This document shows positions 27,723 to 41,474 of a stretch of DNA of 64,000 nucleotides, in pieces. The DNA lies in NCBI GenBank assembly GCA_964016885.1, contig OZ024746.1, positions 27,156,001-27,220,000 of the forward strand, in the 5' to 3' direction. Within the stretch, counting starts at the first letter, position 1, and every line of letters begins with the position of its first letter. The notes beneath the pieces are model-generated. The model worked only from the letters and a program-made list of their open reading frames with translations. It searched no databases and was not told the origin of the DNA. The position numbers and the translations under genes are program-made. The stretch is from Eledone cirrhosa. Its lineage: Eukaryota.

Positions 27723-30700
27723 TCCTCTTCTTACAAATTAAATATATTTAACCGTAGTTTGGCAATTTGACCCATCTAGTGTTTGATACTTGATCTATCT
27801 AAGGTAAGAAATTTACGAACCCTGCGCTTTCCATTACACAGTCGCAGGTACCCATGCAAAATCATGCGGCATAACACCACGATCCTCCCACCGTCTTTTG
27901 TTATTTTCACAACGATGCTTCGCGGCAAACATGCTAATCGATTTATTTATTGATGGCAAGAAATTAGTATATATTTAATTTGATTATAAAAATCTATATA
28001 AAGCTGTGATACTTTAAGGTACGATAGTGAACTTCTCTGAGGTCTGAACCCAAGGCGGCATCCAAGCTGAACTTAATTTAGTACCAGCCTTGCGTGAAAT
28101 ACTGAGTAAAGTGGTTAGATGTAGTGGACATAATATAGGGGACATGTAGGAAGAGATACTACAGACCTGCCAATCTCTAAAAACCAAAACGAGAAGTACT
28201 ATGAAAAAAAGTGCCCTCAAACGGGGAGAATGAGGCAAAATGGGGAGATTTTACATGATGAAAGCTATACCTATTTTCACAAGAGAAGACATCTCTCACC
28301 CACCCAAAGGTGTGTGGGAGATCTCCACGTCCGATAGTTAGAGTTAAGAGATCTGATACTATTTAGAAGCAAGTCTCTGAGAGGATATAACAAATGACCA
28401 GTTAACTCCGAGGAGTAGAGGCTGCTTGAGTAGTGTAAGGGTATGAATCATACTACAGCCGCCTTTCGCAGTTGAGTATGACTTGGTGATATGTACCATG
28501 CTTTCGTTAAAAGTTTTAGCTATCTATGTAGTCGCGAGTATAAACATCTTCTCTACTCTTCCTTCCCTAATCCAGTGGAGCATCCTGGATGTGGCAGCTG
28601 GAAGAATAGAAGGCTGCACCAGCATTGGGCTGATAGTTTCTTTATCAACCTAGGTGGGATTTGAACTTAGAGCGCAGAAAGCCGAAACAATTTTCCAACG
28701 CTTTAATAACTCTACCAAATCAGCTATCTTGATTCCAAAATAGCCCTTTATTTTTGGGCAGGTGTAAGGAAATTACTATATCAGTGTGGTTTAGACAGAG
28801 TTGAAATGTGTGAGTTAGCTAGGTTGATGTATTTGTGACAGAGAAGAGTAAATTTTGTATAGATCTGTAGAGAGTTGGTAGAATTACAGATTAATATATT
28901 TCTAACAGCTATAATTCTGATCACGTAACAGATGATGCTATGCAAACATTTTAAATCTCTGATCCTTGCAACTTTATAAAAAGACATTTGCATAAAATAG
29001 GCTTCTAACTATCAGTTTTGATTTGTCTAGAGAGAGATACCAACCTTATTTCAAATCAAACTAGAAACTAACCTATCTGAATAAATTATTAACCTTTCAC
29101 CAACCATATTTAAAGAGGTTCGCTGGAAGCGTGAGGAAGAAAGTAACAGGCACAAATCTGCTGAAATAAATATAAATCATTCGACAACGCACACTCACAA
29201 GTAGGATTATATATAATCTAGTTTAACCAACCACATATAGAGCATTTTACAAATAAGAATAACGATTAACTTTCATGGCTACTAACAAACGTTTCCCAGT
29301 TGATAACAAGTATCACAAATTATATAATAGAAATATTAGGATGGGAAATTTCAACTGCCATCCGAATATGGGATGCATAGTAAAATAGCACAGCAGGGAG
29401 CTAAAAGAACGATCCATCTCATAAGCTAAAATAAAACCACTATAAATCGTCGCTTTCAGTGTTCACTCAATGATGAATATATAAGTAGAAGTGTTATAGA
29501 TCCGTTCCATCGTATCAGCAACCAAATGCAGGGAAGAAAATATGAAAGGCAAATTTGGCCTCAGCGGGAATTGTATACGATGCACAGATATCTTATTTAA
29601 AAGCAATTAATCGCAATATATCAGATGTTTCCGAAGTATATGTAAAAGGAAGGAAGCGCGTGCCCACCTTTTCTAGAGATGTTTGATTATTAAAAGTGAA
29701 AGACGCAACAAAGCCATTGATATAAAATAGCCTGTTATACTAGAGCTATACTGGAGATGTCTAAAACTAAAGCCACCACTCACGAACGAGTATGTGTTGG
29801 TAGTATGTACCATGCTTTCGCTAAGGATGATACGCTTCAGCAGGTTCTTAACCTTTGAGTGTTAGGTCGTACAACATCGATATATAAAAAAAAGAATGAA
29901 ATAACAAGCCAGTAACAGCTGCCCACTTGATGTCAATGTGGTCAGAAAATGAAAGAAAAGGAGGATATCTTCGGAAGATTGATGAAGAATTTGCAGATCC
30001 TGTATCCTTGATACAAGTTCAGCTTCATACCTGTTTTGATTGGAGCTACAGCTTATATACCAATCTGCCTGGACCAAAGTATAACTTAACTTAGATTTGT
30101 GGAGAAACAACATAGTTCCTTAATTTATAAACTACAAATGACCACCATATCTGGAACCTTAAAAAAAATTGTAAAACATTCTTACAAGTCAAAGGATACA
30201 CGAGACGACGTCAATTTCCTTTTCTTGACAACCTTGCCACCGGGAAGGTGTCTGGTCAAAAATAAACTCAAAATCAAGAGAAAGAGAAAACATACATACG
30301 TACATACATACATACATACATACATACATACATACATACATACATACATACATACACACGTACATACATACATAAATACATACAGGTATATTATCATAGC
30401 CTGAGATTTTCAGTGAACATATCGATCAGCACATATTCGATATTGTGAAATGGTTAATGCAACTATATACAGCAGCAGAAACTATATATTCTGTTCTATT
30501 CATTAAGTCTTCCAATAAATTAATATCGATTTTATGATTTTTTCGTGTCTTGTCAAGTAAGAAATGTATTAGAAAATAAACATAAAATAATATAAAATAT
30601 TATAAAATGCTGTAAAATAAAAAAAAAACAAAAAACAATATGACTACAAGTATATAAAAAAATGATATATTTTGTAATTTGTAATGATATTCTCTTGGTA

Positions 30701-30749
30701 AAAACAACAATATATCAAAAGTGATATATGGAAACTGAAGATACCCGAA

Positions 30750-30841
30750 GAGAGAGAGAGGGTGGAAGAGATTGAGAGATAGTGGAGAGAGAGAGAGAGG
30801 GAGAGAGAGAGATGGAAAGAGAGAGAGATGGAGAGAGAAAT

Positions 30842-30881
<40 letters not shown>

Positions 30882-31009
30882 GTGGAGAGAGAGAGAGAGA
30901 AAGATAGAGAGAGAGAGAGAGAGGAAAGAGAAAGTGAAAGAGGAGAGATGAGGGGTAGAAAATGAGAAAGAGTGAGTAAGAGAAAGAGAAAGCGAGCGAG
31001 AGAGAGAGG

Positions 31010-31041
<32 letters not shown>

Positions 31042-31073
31042 GAGAGACTGATACAGAGAGAGTTAGAGAAAGT

Positions 31074-31104
<31 letters not shown>

Positions 31105-31112
31105 AGAGAGTG
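30750..31112. repeat. (AG)n-rich polypurine tract
   Basis: Read directly. Confidence 0.9.
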
Positions 31113-31255
31113 AAAAAGTGAGGAGATAGGCAAACCATAAATATTAGTAAAGAATATCAATGTAAAATATTGTTATTTTAATTTGAATCTTGTGTGAAAT
31201 GTTGACACAACAGCAATATATATATTTCGTCTTAATTATTTTTCTCTGTATAATA

Positions 31256-31452
31256 ATTGTTTATACTTTTGGCACAAGGCCAGCAATTAACCAGTGTATT
31301 ACTGGTACTTTATTTTATCGACCCCGTAAGGATGAAAGGCAAAGTTAACCTCGGTAGGATTTGAAGTCACACCATAAAGGGCAGTAACTCAGTAACTCTT
31401 TGCTGCAAAGCATGGCGTCCGACCCTCTACCGATACTGCCAAACCACAACCC
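31256..31452 (-). mobile_element. tRNA-derived SINE
   Basis: ggcacaaggccagcaatt..actggtactttattttatcgaccccgtaaggatgaaaggcaaagttaacctcgg; close to the 41275 copy. Confidence 0.85.
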
Positions 31453-31479
31453 TTTCTCTGTATAATAATGATATATATT

Positions 31480-34376
31480 TTACTGTTTACTGTGAGAGAG
31501 GTGAACACGAGAATTGTACAGTTGTTTTACTGTGAGTGAGGTGAACATGAGTGAGGTACTGGTGTTTACTGTGAGTGAGGTGAACAGGAGTGAGGTACTG
31601 TTGTTTACTGTGAGTGAGGTGAACAGGAGTGAGGTACTGTTGTTTACTGTGAGTGAGGTGAACAGGAGTGAGGTACTGTTGTTTACTGTGAGTGAGGTGA
31701 ACAGGAGTGAGGTACCGTTGTTTACTGTGAGAGAGGTGAACAGGAGTGAGGTACCGTTGTTTACTGTGAGAGAGGTGAACAGGAGTGAGGTACTGTTGTT
31801 TACTGTGAGAGAGGTGAACAGGAGAGAGGTACAGTTGTTTACTGTGAGTGAGGTGAACAGGAGTGAGGTACTGTTGTTTACTGTGAGTGTGAACAGGAGT
31901 GAGGTACTGTTGTTTACTGTGAGTGAGGTGAACAAGAGTGAGGTACAGTTGTTTACTGTGAGTGAGGTGAACAGGAGTGAGGTACTGTTGTTTACTGTGA
32001 GTGAAGTGAACAGGAGTGAGGTACTGTTGTTTACTGTGAGTGAGGTGAACAGGAGTGAGGTACAGTTGTTTACTGTGAGTGAAGTGAACAGGGGTGAGGT
32101 ACTGTTGTTTACTGTGAGTGAGGTGAACAGGAGTGAGGTACTGTTGTTTACTGTGAGAGAGGTGAACATGAGTGAGGTACTGGTGTTTACTGTGAGAGAG
32201 GTGAACAGGAGTGAGGTACTGTTGTTTACTGTGAGTGAGGTGAACAGGAGTGAGGTACTGTTGTTTACTGTGAGTGAGGTGAACAGGAGTGATGTACCGT
32301 TGTTTACTGTGAGTGAGGTGAACAGGAGTGAGGTACTGTTGTTTACTGTGAGTAAGGTGAACAGGAGTGATGTACCGTTGTTTACTGTGAGTGAGGTGAA
32401 CAGGAGTGAGGTAAGTTGTTTACTGTGAGTGAAGTGAACAGGAGTGAGGTACTGTTGTTTACTGTGAGTGAGGTGAACAGGAATGAAGTACTGTTGTTTA
32501 CTGTGAGTGAGGTGAACAAGAGTGAGGTACTGTTGTTTACTGTGGGTGAGGTGAACAGGAGTGAGGTACTGTTGTTTACTGTGAGTGAGGTGAACAGGAG
32601 TGAGGTACTGTTGTTTACTGTGAGTGAGGTGAACAGGAGTGAGGTACTGTTGTTTACTGTGAGTGAGGTGAACAGGAGTGAGGTACTGTTGTTTACTGTG
32701 AGTGAGGTGAACAGGAGTGAGGTACTGTTGTTTACTGTGAGTGAAGTGAACAGGAGTTAGGTACTGTTGTTTACTGTGAGAGAGGTGAATAGGAGTGAGG
32801 TACTGTTATTTACTGTGAGTGAAGTGAACAGGAGTTAGGTACAGTTGTTTACTGTGAGAGAGGTGAACAGGAGGGAGGTACTGTTGTTTACTGTGAGAGA
32901 GGTGAACAGGAGTGAGGTACTGTTGTTTACTGTGAGAGAGGTGAACAGGAGTGAGGTACTGTTGTTTACTGTGAGTGAGGTGAACAGGAGTGAGGTACTG
33001 TTGTTTACTGTGAGATAGGTGAACAGGAGTGAGGTACTGGTGTTTACCGTGAGAGAGGTGAACAGGAGTGAGGTACTGTTGTTTACTGTGAGTGAGGTGA
33101 ACAGGAGTGAGGTACTGTTGTTTACTGTGAGTGAGGTGAACAGGAGTGATGTACCGTTGTTTTCTGTGAGTGAGGTGAACAGGAGTGAGGTACTGTTGTT
33201 TACTGTGAGTAAGGTGAACAGGAGTGATGTACCGTTGTTTACTGTGAGTGAGGTGAACAGGAGTGAGGTACAGTTGTTTACTGTGAGTGAAGTGAACAGG
33301 AGTGAGGTACTGTTGTTTACTGTGAGTGAGGTGAACAGGAATGAAGTACTGTTGTTTACTGTGAGTGAGGTGAACAAGAGTGAGGTACTGTTGTTTACTG
33401 TGAGTGAGGTGAACAGGAGTGAGGTACTGTTGTTTACTGTGAGTGAGGTGAACAGGAGTGAGGTACTGTTGTTTACTGTGAGTGAGGTGAACAGGAGTGA
33501 GGTACTGTTGTTTACTGTGAGATAGGTGAACAAGAGTGAGGTACAGTTGTTTACTGTGAGAGAGGTGAACAGGAGTGAGGTACTGTTGTTTACGGTGAGA
33601 TAGGTGAACAGGAGTGAGGTACAGTTGTTTACTGTGAGAGAGGTGAACAGGAGTGAGGTACTGTTGTTTACTGTGAGTGAAGTGAACAGGAGTTAGGTAC
33701 TGTTGTTTACTGTGAGAGAGGTGAATAGGAGTGAGGTACTGTTATTTAATGTGAGTGAAGTGAACAGGAGTTAGGTACAGTTGTTTACTGTGAGAGAGGT
33801 GAACAGGAGGGAGGTACTGTTGTTTACTGTGAGAGAGGTGAACAGGAGTGAGGTACTGTTGTTTACTGTGAGAGAGGTGAACAGGAGTTAGGTACTGTTG
33901 TTTACTGTGAGTGAGGTGAACAGGAGTGAGGTACTGTTGTTTACTGTGAGATAGGTGAACAGGAGTGAGGTACTGTTGTTTACTGTGAGAGAGGTGAACA
34001 GGAGTGAGGTACTGTTGTTTACTGTGAGAGAGGTGAACAGGAGTTAGGTACTGTTGTTTACTGTGAGTGAGGTGAACAGGAGTTAGGTACTGTTGTTTAC
34101 TGTGAGAGAGGTGAACAGGAGTGAGGTACTGTTGTTTACTGTGAGAGAGGTGAACAAGAGTGAGGTACAGTTGTTTACTGTGAGTGAAGTGAACAGGAGT
34201 GAGGTACTGTTGTTTACTGTGAGTGAAGTGAACAGGAGTGAGTTACTGTTGTTTACTGTGAGAGAGGTGAACATGAGTGAGGTACCGTTGTTTACTGTGA
34301 GAGAGTTGAACAGGAGTGAGGTACTGTTGTTTACAGGGATGTGGTGAGGTGAGCAGGAGTGAGGTACTGTTTACTG
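31480..34376. repeat. 39-bp minisatellite (GTGAGTGAGGTGAACAGGAGTGAGGTACTGTTGTTTACT)n, 70 or more copies
   Basis: Tandem units read directly; gives a 13-aa periodicity in the ORF track. Confidence 0.97.
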
Positions 34377-34943
34377 TGACGTGGTGATGTGAAGTGATGT
34401 GTGATGTGGTGACGTGAGGTTTTATGTGGTGTACTGTAGAGCATTTTCTTGGCGGGCGAAGGATGACAATTCGATTGACTTGACTTGCAACATATTACTG
34501 GTACATATTTTATTGTCCCAGGACAATGGGTTGGGGGAATCGTTAAAGACCGCCGATCTGCCAGCGCATGTGCTCCCATTTGAGAGATTAGTAAAGCAAG
34601 AGAGACGGAGGCAGTGAGTGAAAAAGGGTTAATTATACTTGACCAAACAATTTCATAATGACAGTCTTTGGTTTATATGTATCATATACAGCTAGACCAT
34701 AAAAAAACGTCTCACAATATCATATATACTATACATGTAGTGGGGGATATAGTCAATTGTATCGACAGACACGTCTAATATATCTTCAACTGTTTATTCT
34801 ATATAGCTACCAACTATAGTTATATACACTGTATGTCTGTATGATTCTTAGTTCCCTAATTATTATTATTGATACTCTATTTCCCAATAGCATCGAGTGC
34901 TAATATTGACACACCACCTGTGAACGCAATCTAATTGCACCCT

Positions 34944-34945
<2 letters not shown>

Positions 34946-35016
<71 letters not shown>
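34946..35016. repeat. (ACT)n microsatellite
   Basis: Read directly. Confidence 0.95.
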
Positions 35017-35017
<1 letters not shown>

Positions 35018-35197
35018 TATATATATATAATACACACACACACACACATATATATATATTCCATATCAGACAGACTGTTGTGAGAGTAAAGGAAAGTTAA
35101 TGATAGAGATTCACCCCCGCCCCCTCACGGTCGATGGTTGAAAGAGATGGAAAAAAGAGAACAAAAGCATGGCTATATATTTTCATTTCTCGACAAC

Positions 35198-35267
<70 letters not shown>

Positions 35268-35795
35268 GTCCATTGTCATGATCAAACCGCCACCCTCCTT
35301 CAAAAACGAAGGAGAGGCGGTTTTCCTTTGTGTGATAGCTATGGCGAAAGAGGTTGTGTGGTGGACAAGGTTGAAAGGGCTGAGGTCAGACACCTTTCTC
35401 TCCGGCCAACAACTGATTCTTTTTTTCAAATACCACTTTGGAAGAAGAATCAGGATGGAGAGAGAGGTGCTGTACCCCAGCAAGTTTTATGAAAGGTGGG
35501 TGAAAGTGGCGAGAATGGCCCGAGTGAATGGGCCTTCTCTCTATATCAGCCTGTAGGTTGAGGAAAAAGAGGAAGAGAGGAAAGGGGTACAAACTGTTCG
35601 TACTCCTGGAGATGAGGTTTGCACATTTTTTCGGGGGTATGTGTTACCCATATGAACTGTCTCCCCCTATTGAGGAAAATCGACTAATTTTTTAAATTGC
35701 ATTTGTGATATTATTTTACACGTTTTTATTGTATGTAAACTTCCTCCTTTGTATTTGTCCCCTTCTTTTGTGCCCCTGTGGCTAATAAAGAAACA

Positions 35796-35796
<1 letters not shown>
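35268..35796 (+). mobile_element. 5'-truncated, diverged copy of the (ATCT)n-associated Tx1-like LINE
   Basis: Encodes SIVMIKPPP..RVNGPSLYISL, matching the ORF2 C-terminus; related 3' UTR ending AATAAAGAAACAT; (ATCT)n on both sides. Confidence 0.93.
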
Positions 35797-35874
<78 letters not shown>

Positions 35875-36455
35875 TATCTATCTATTTATCTATCTATCTG
35901 TCTGTGTGTCTATGTATGACGTGGGGGGTTAGATCGATATCGAAGAGATGGACCTTAGATTAAAGTTTATAATTAATTCAGCAGTGATGTTGACATTGAG
36001 TCCTTTGGGAAGCAATGATTTATGTAACAACTGGAAGTAGTTTGTCAGTAGAGATTAGTGGCGGTAATAAACAATAAGCATATCGAATGAGTTGATTTTA
36101 GGATTTATCAGACATTGTCGCTGTATTGAGACCTCTTCAACTGGACATAATAAGTCATACTACAATAACAATATAATATAAATATTCTTAACTGCAGCAG
36201 CAGCAGTAGCAGCAACAATAAAAACATGATATAAATAATCCAAACTGCAGCAGCAACAACACTAATAACATCAACAACATAACATGAATAATTTTAACAT
36301 CAACAGCAGCAGCAGCAGCAATAACAGCAACAACATAACAATAACAACAGCAACAGCTGTAGCAGTAGCAACAACAACAGTAACAACAATAATAGCAACA
36401 ACAAAAACAGCAACAATGATAACGGCAACAACAACAACAAAAACAATAATAATAA

Positions 36456-36670
36456 TTTCTGATTTAGTCACAAGGCCAACGATTTTGGGGGAGGGGAAAA
36501 TCGATGGAATCGATCCCAGTACGTTACTGGTACTTTATTTTATTGACCTCATAAGGATCAAAGGCAAAGTTAACCTCGGTGACATTTGAATTCAGAGCGT
36601 AAAGGGACATAACTATATGCCGCGAAGCAGGTTGCCCGACGCTCTACCGATACTGCGAATACACCGCCCT
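36456..36670 (-). mobile_element. tRNA-derived SINE, full length
   Basis: Family core present; flanked by (AAT)n. Confidence 0.85.
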
Positions 36671-36675
36671 AACAC

Positions 36676-36731
<56 letters not shown>

Positions 36732-36979
36732 TTGGAACTGCCATGAAGTCAAAGTGATCCCGATTGTCATAGGCGCACTAGGGACTATCTCAAAAAGTTT
36801 CCAGGGATGGTTAAAGAAAATTGGCCCCTTCACGCTTTTTGGAACGCTTCAAAAGGCATGCTTGCTGGGAACAGCAAGAACCCTCCGATACGTCCTGAAT
36901 ATCTGAGGCTGCAGGTAGTGGCTTGATATTCATTTCAACAAACTTTCCAGTTAACTAACATCAATGACTGAGACTCAAA
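36732..36979 (+). mobile_element. 3' fragment of an R4/Dong-type RLE LINE in (AAT)n
   Basis: WNCHEVKVIPIVIGALG..LQKACLLGTARTLRYVLNI* plus a 3' UTR matching 40920-41167; (AAT)n on both sides. Confidence 0.9.
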
Positions 36980-36995
36980 TAATAATAATAACAAC

Positions 36996-37068
<73 letters not shown>

Positions 37069-37639
37069 TTAATAATAATAATAAGAGAGGGATGGTAGTA
37101 GTGCCATTACACATGAATAAGCGAGGAAGGCATCAAAAGATATAAATAGACTGATTTAGTGACCCGGTCAAACAACTAACAACAACAACAACAACAACAC
37201 CAAAATAATAATTATTGTTGTTGTATCTCTAAACTTTAAACTCTCTCAAAATGTTTAGCTTAAACGATGTCAAATCTAAACTATAATATAATAATAATAA
37301 TAAGCAACAAGTCGAAAGATTATAGAACAGAACACAGACGAAAAAACAAATTTCAAACATTTTGAACGCAATAACTCCTCCTTCACACGTAGCTAAAATC
37401 AAAAACAGCAGCAGCAGCACCAACCACTCTAGTAACCGATGTCACTGGCCTTAAAAAACGAAAAACGTAAAGGAAAAAAAAACAAACAAACAAAAAAAAC
37501 TAAGTCAGATATTCAAACATTACAATGAAACTTATGTTTATTTTTTAAAGTTTTTATCTATTTATTTGTATATTTATTTATGTTCGTCTACAGCGTGATG
37601 GTGCCACGCTAAAATCACCGGGGGGGGGGGGGGGGGGTG

Positions 37640-40600
37640 ATGAAATCACCGGTGGTTATGTAATAACCACCGGTGGTTATGTAATCACCAATCCTCGATA
37701 TGAGTGTTTAAATGTCGAACCTAAACAGTTCGAATAACTGTGAAGAGAAGATTGGAACGCCATGTGACAGACTCTCACCCAGCAAGTGCCCCCTGGCCCA
37801 GCAGCAGGGACCTGGCTGTCATCCAAATACTGCTGGTATTGGAGGAAGAAGAAGTAAAGGGACAAGAACCAACTGGACGAAAGAATTGAATAGAACTGTC
37901 ATGGAATGTTACCTGAAGAGTAACCCCAAGGAAAAAGGCTATAGGTGCATAACATCTGGAACGAGATTGGACTATTTAAATTAGATTAACAAAAATTGGC
38001 CGGGCAGGCCCGGGTAATAAGAACTAATGGGTGGATAAGCGAGTTGGAACTGGAGGAACTGAGCAGAGAGAGTAGGTTATAAATGGAGAGTGGAGTATGC
38101 CAGACAAATGAGCCAGTGGGAAATGAAAATGAAGAGGTTGAGAGAACGGAGGAAACACCCGAAGCAGACAATGATCTGAATGCTGAAATAAATAACATCT
38201 GGAGCAAAGATACGGCCATTGAGGAAATGAATGCTGACGGGCTAGGACCTGATTTGGTTGATATCCTAAACTTAATGGTAGATGAAATGAAGAATGATAG
38301 TGGGAAACCTATGAACCTAAGATTTGTAGACAGGAAAAAGTTAAAAGAAACAACAGATAAGATAAACAAAGTCATCCCATACCTTGAGGCGAGGAACCTT
38401 CACCAATGCAACAATATCCTCAAGGCAACAGCAAATGCGATGAGGAAATTACTTGGCATAAAAACGAGAGGAAACAACAAACAAGAAAGATCAGAACCTT
38501 GGTGGAAGAAACGACTGAATGGTCAAATCAGGGAAATGAGAAATGACATTGGAATGGGACACTACAAAATGGGACACTACAAAACATAGACACTAAAAAT
38601 AGACTGGAAATATAGTACAAAACTAGGAGGAAAAAGTTAACATCATCATAGAGGAACTGAAGCAACGCATTGTAGCAAAAAGTGCAAAGATTAGGCGGTA
38701 TGAGAGCAGAGTCAGTATAGACAGAACCGCATGTTTGACAACAACCAGAAGATGTTGTTTGGACAGCTTGAAGGGAAAGAAAGAGGCAACGACTTGATCC
38801 CCGAGGCGGAACAGTCTAAGACATTCTGGAGAGAAATATGGGAGCAGGATGTTGAACACAATGATCAGGCAGTGTGGATTGAGACAGTACAAAAGGAGAT
38901 TAGTGAACAAGCACACCAACAAACTGATTTGAGTATCACAGTTGAAACTCTTAAAGGGTAGGCCAAAAAACTAACCAACTAGAAATCACCAGGCCCAGAT
39001 GGTGTGCATGGGTATTGGATCAAAAATATAACATCCCTCCACCCGAAACTGACAACCATGTTCAATGACTGCTTGATGTCGGGTGATGTACCAGAGTGGT
39101 TGACAAAAGCTACCACATTTCTGGTAATGAAAGACCGAATCAGGGTAATGATGTTACCAACTATAGACCTATCACATATCTGTAATGTGGAAACTGTTAA
39201 CAAGCATTGTGTCTGAGGAAATCTACCATCACCTCCACATAAACAACTTGTTACCGGACGAACAGAAAGGATGCCGAAAGAAGTCCCGTGGTACAAAAGA
39301 CCAGTTACTTATTGGTAAGATGGTAATGAGGAATTGCAAGAGGAGACACACTGGTCTTGCCATGGGAGGGATAGATTACAAAAAGGCATTCCCCATGGTA
39401 GCTCATTTTTGGATAACCAAAAGCCTAGAGATCTTCAGGGTGGCAGATAACATCAGACAGTTGTTGAGCAAAAGTATGAAGTCCTGGGAAACAGAGTTAA
39501 CATCGGGTGTAGAATCCTTGTGAGGCGTGAAGATCAAGAGAGGTATCTTCCAGGGAGATAGTTTGTCCCCTCTATTGTTTGTCCTTGCCCTGATACCCCT
39601 GACCATTATACTGCGAAAAGTGAGAGCAGGATACAAGTTGGGAAAAGGAGAGCTTACCATCAACCACATCCTCTTCATGGACGATCTTAAACTCTTTGGG
39701 AAGAGTGATAAGGAGTTGGATGTACTTGTTGACACTGTCCGTATTTTGAGTAATGATATATGCATGGAATTTGGTATTAATAAGTGTGGAGTCCTAGTGA
39801 TGAAGAGGAGTAAATTGAGCAGAAACAGCGGAATACAGGTACCAACAGGTGAGATGATAAAGGAAATTGACACTGAAGAAGTATGCAAATATTTAGGTGT
39901 TCTGGAGGCAGATGACATCAAGAACAAAAAAATGAAGGAATTGATAAGATCTGACTACATTAGGAGAGTAAGGAGCGTATTAAAATCACATCTAAATAGG
40001 AATGTCATAAGTGCAGTGAATTCCCGAGCTGTGTCTATTATTAGATACAGTGCGGGAATTCTGAAATGGAATGTTGCTGAACAAAAAGAAATGGATAGGA
40101 AGACTAGGAAGCTATTGACTATCTACAACATGTTCCACAAGAGGAGTGATGTCGATAGACTCTACTTAAAGAGATCTGAAGGTGGAAGAGATCTTATCAG
40201 CATAGAGGACTGTGTTCAGATGGAGAAAAACAACCTGCATAAATACGTGACTGACAGTAGGGAGCCAATGCTCAGAATTGTACTGAAGGAGAGGACATTA
40301 GACCAGGGGATGTCCAAGGAGGAAATAACAAGGAGGAAGAGCAACCTTCATGAAAAATCCCTTCATAGTACCTTCTTTGAGAAAACTGAATTTAGAGATC
40401 CACAGACATGGAACTGGTTAAAAAGAGGATACCTTAAAAAGGCTACAAAAGGAATGCTAATGGCTGCGCAAGAGCAGGCCCTCAGAACGAAGTGGGTGAA
40501 ACACCATATTTACAAGGAGGAGGCTACTGTGTAGGATCTGTCGAGAGAGGAGACTGTGGCTCACATTGTATCCGAGTGTAAACACCTAGCCCAGACTCAC

Positions 40601-41167
40601 TATAAAGGCTGGAGACATGATGTGATGAGCAGGGTGATCCACTGGCACCTATGCAAAGTAAACAATTTACCACATTCTGAGCATAAGCAAGAGTCGGTGA
40701 TAGAAAACGATCAGGTGAACGTGCTATGGGATTTTAGGATACAGACGGACAAAAAATTAGAAATTAGAATACAATAGGCCTGAACTGGTGGTTTTGGACA
40801 AGGAAAAAAGATCGTGCCTGATTGTAGATGTAGCCTGCCCATTTGACACGAGAGTGCAAGAAAAGGAGAGGGAGAACATTAACCGATACCAGGACTCAAA
40901 GTGGGAGGTAAAAAGGATTTGGAACTGCCATGAAGTCAGAGTCGTCCCGATTGTCATAGGCGCACTAGGTACTATCTCAAAGAGTTTCCAAGGATGGTAA
41001 AAGAAAATTAGTCCAGCCCCGCTTTTTGGAACACTTCAAAAGGCATGCTTGCTGGAAACAGCAAGAACCCTCCGATACGTCCTGAATATCTGAGGCTGCA
41101 GGTAGCGGCTTGATATTCATTTCAACAAACTTTCCAGTTAAATAACATCAATGACTGAGACTCAAAG
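37640..41167 (+). mobile_element. Near full-length, pseudogenised R4/Dong-clade non-LTR retrotransposon (RT plus restriction-like endonuclease)
   Basis: Fragments RTNWTKELN..VMECY, KSPGPDGVHGYW, EQKGCRKKSRGTKDQLLI, IDYKKAF, RGIFQGDSLSPLLF, HILFMDDLKL, HIVSEC..RHD, LWDFRIQTD, IVDVACPFD, PIVIGALG; many stops and frameshifts; (AAT)n tail. The 5' boundary is approximate. Confidence 0.9.
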
Positions 41168-41180
41168 AATAATAATAATA

Positions 41181-41451
41181 ATTGTTTCTACTTTTGGCAC
41201 AAGGCCAGCAATTACCCAGTGCATTACTGGTACTATATTTTATCGATTAATAATAATAATAATAATGATAATAATTGTTTCTATTTTAGGCACAGGGCCA
41301 GCAAATTCCCAGTACATTACTGGTACTTTATTTTATCGACCCCGTAAAGATGAAAGGCAAAGTTAACCTCGGCGGGATTTGAACTCAGACCATAAAGGGG
41401 CGTAATTCTATGCTGCGAAGCATGGCGTCCGGTCATCTACCGATACTGCCA
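41181..41451 (-). mobile_element. Two tandem SINE pieces (41181-41247 partial; 41275-41451 near full length) separated by (AAT)n
   Basis: Family core sequence; the minus strand has TGGCAGTATCGGTAG and GAGTTCAAATCCC boxes. Confidence 0.85.
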
Positions 41452-41474
41452 ATAATAATAATATTAATAATAAT

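Noticed and set aside
28000-30404. ORFs 28014-28238 and 29862-30113, and a short similarity between about 28455-28515 and 29765-29828
   Set aside because: No protein motif recognised; the similarity is too short to classify.
31480-34376. Long ORFs on both strands (VSEVNRSEVLLFT / FTSLTVNNSTSLL repeats) and CRISPR-like regularity
   Set aside because: A by-product of a stop-free 39-bp unit; the frames are broken by indels and stops, and there are no unique spacers or cas genes.
36190-36450. Poly-Asn/Gln/Thr-like ORFs here and at 42572-42835
   Set aside because: Degenerate (AAC/AGC/AAT)n trinucleotide tracts with no flanking coding evidence.
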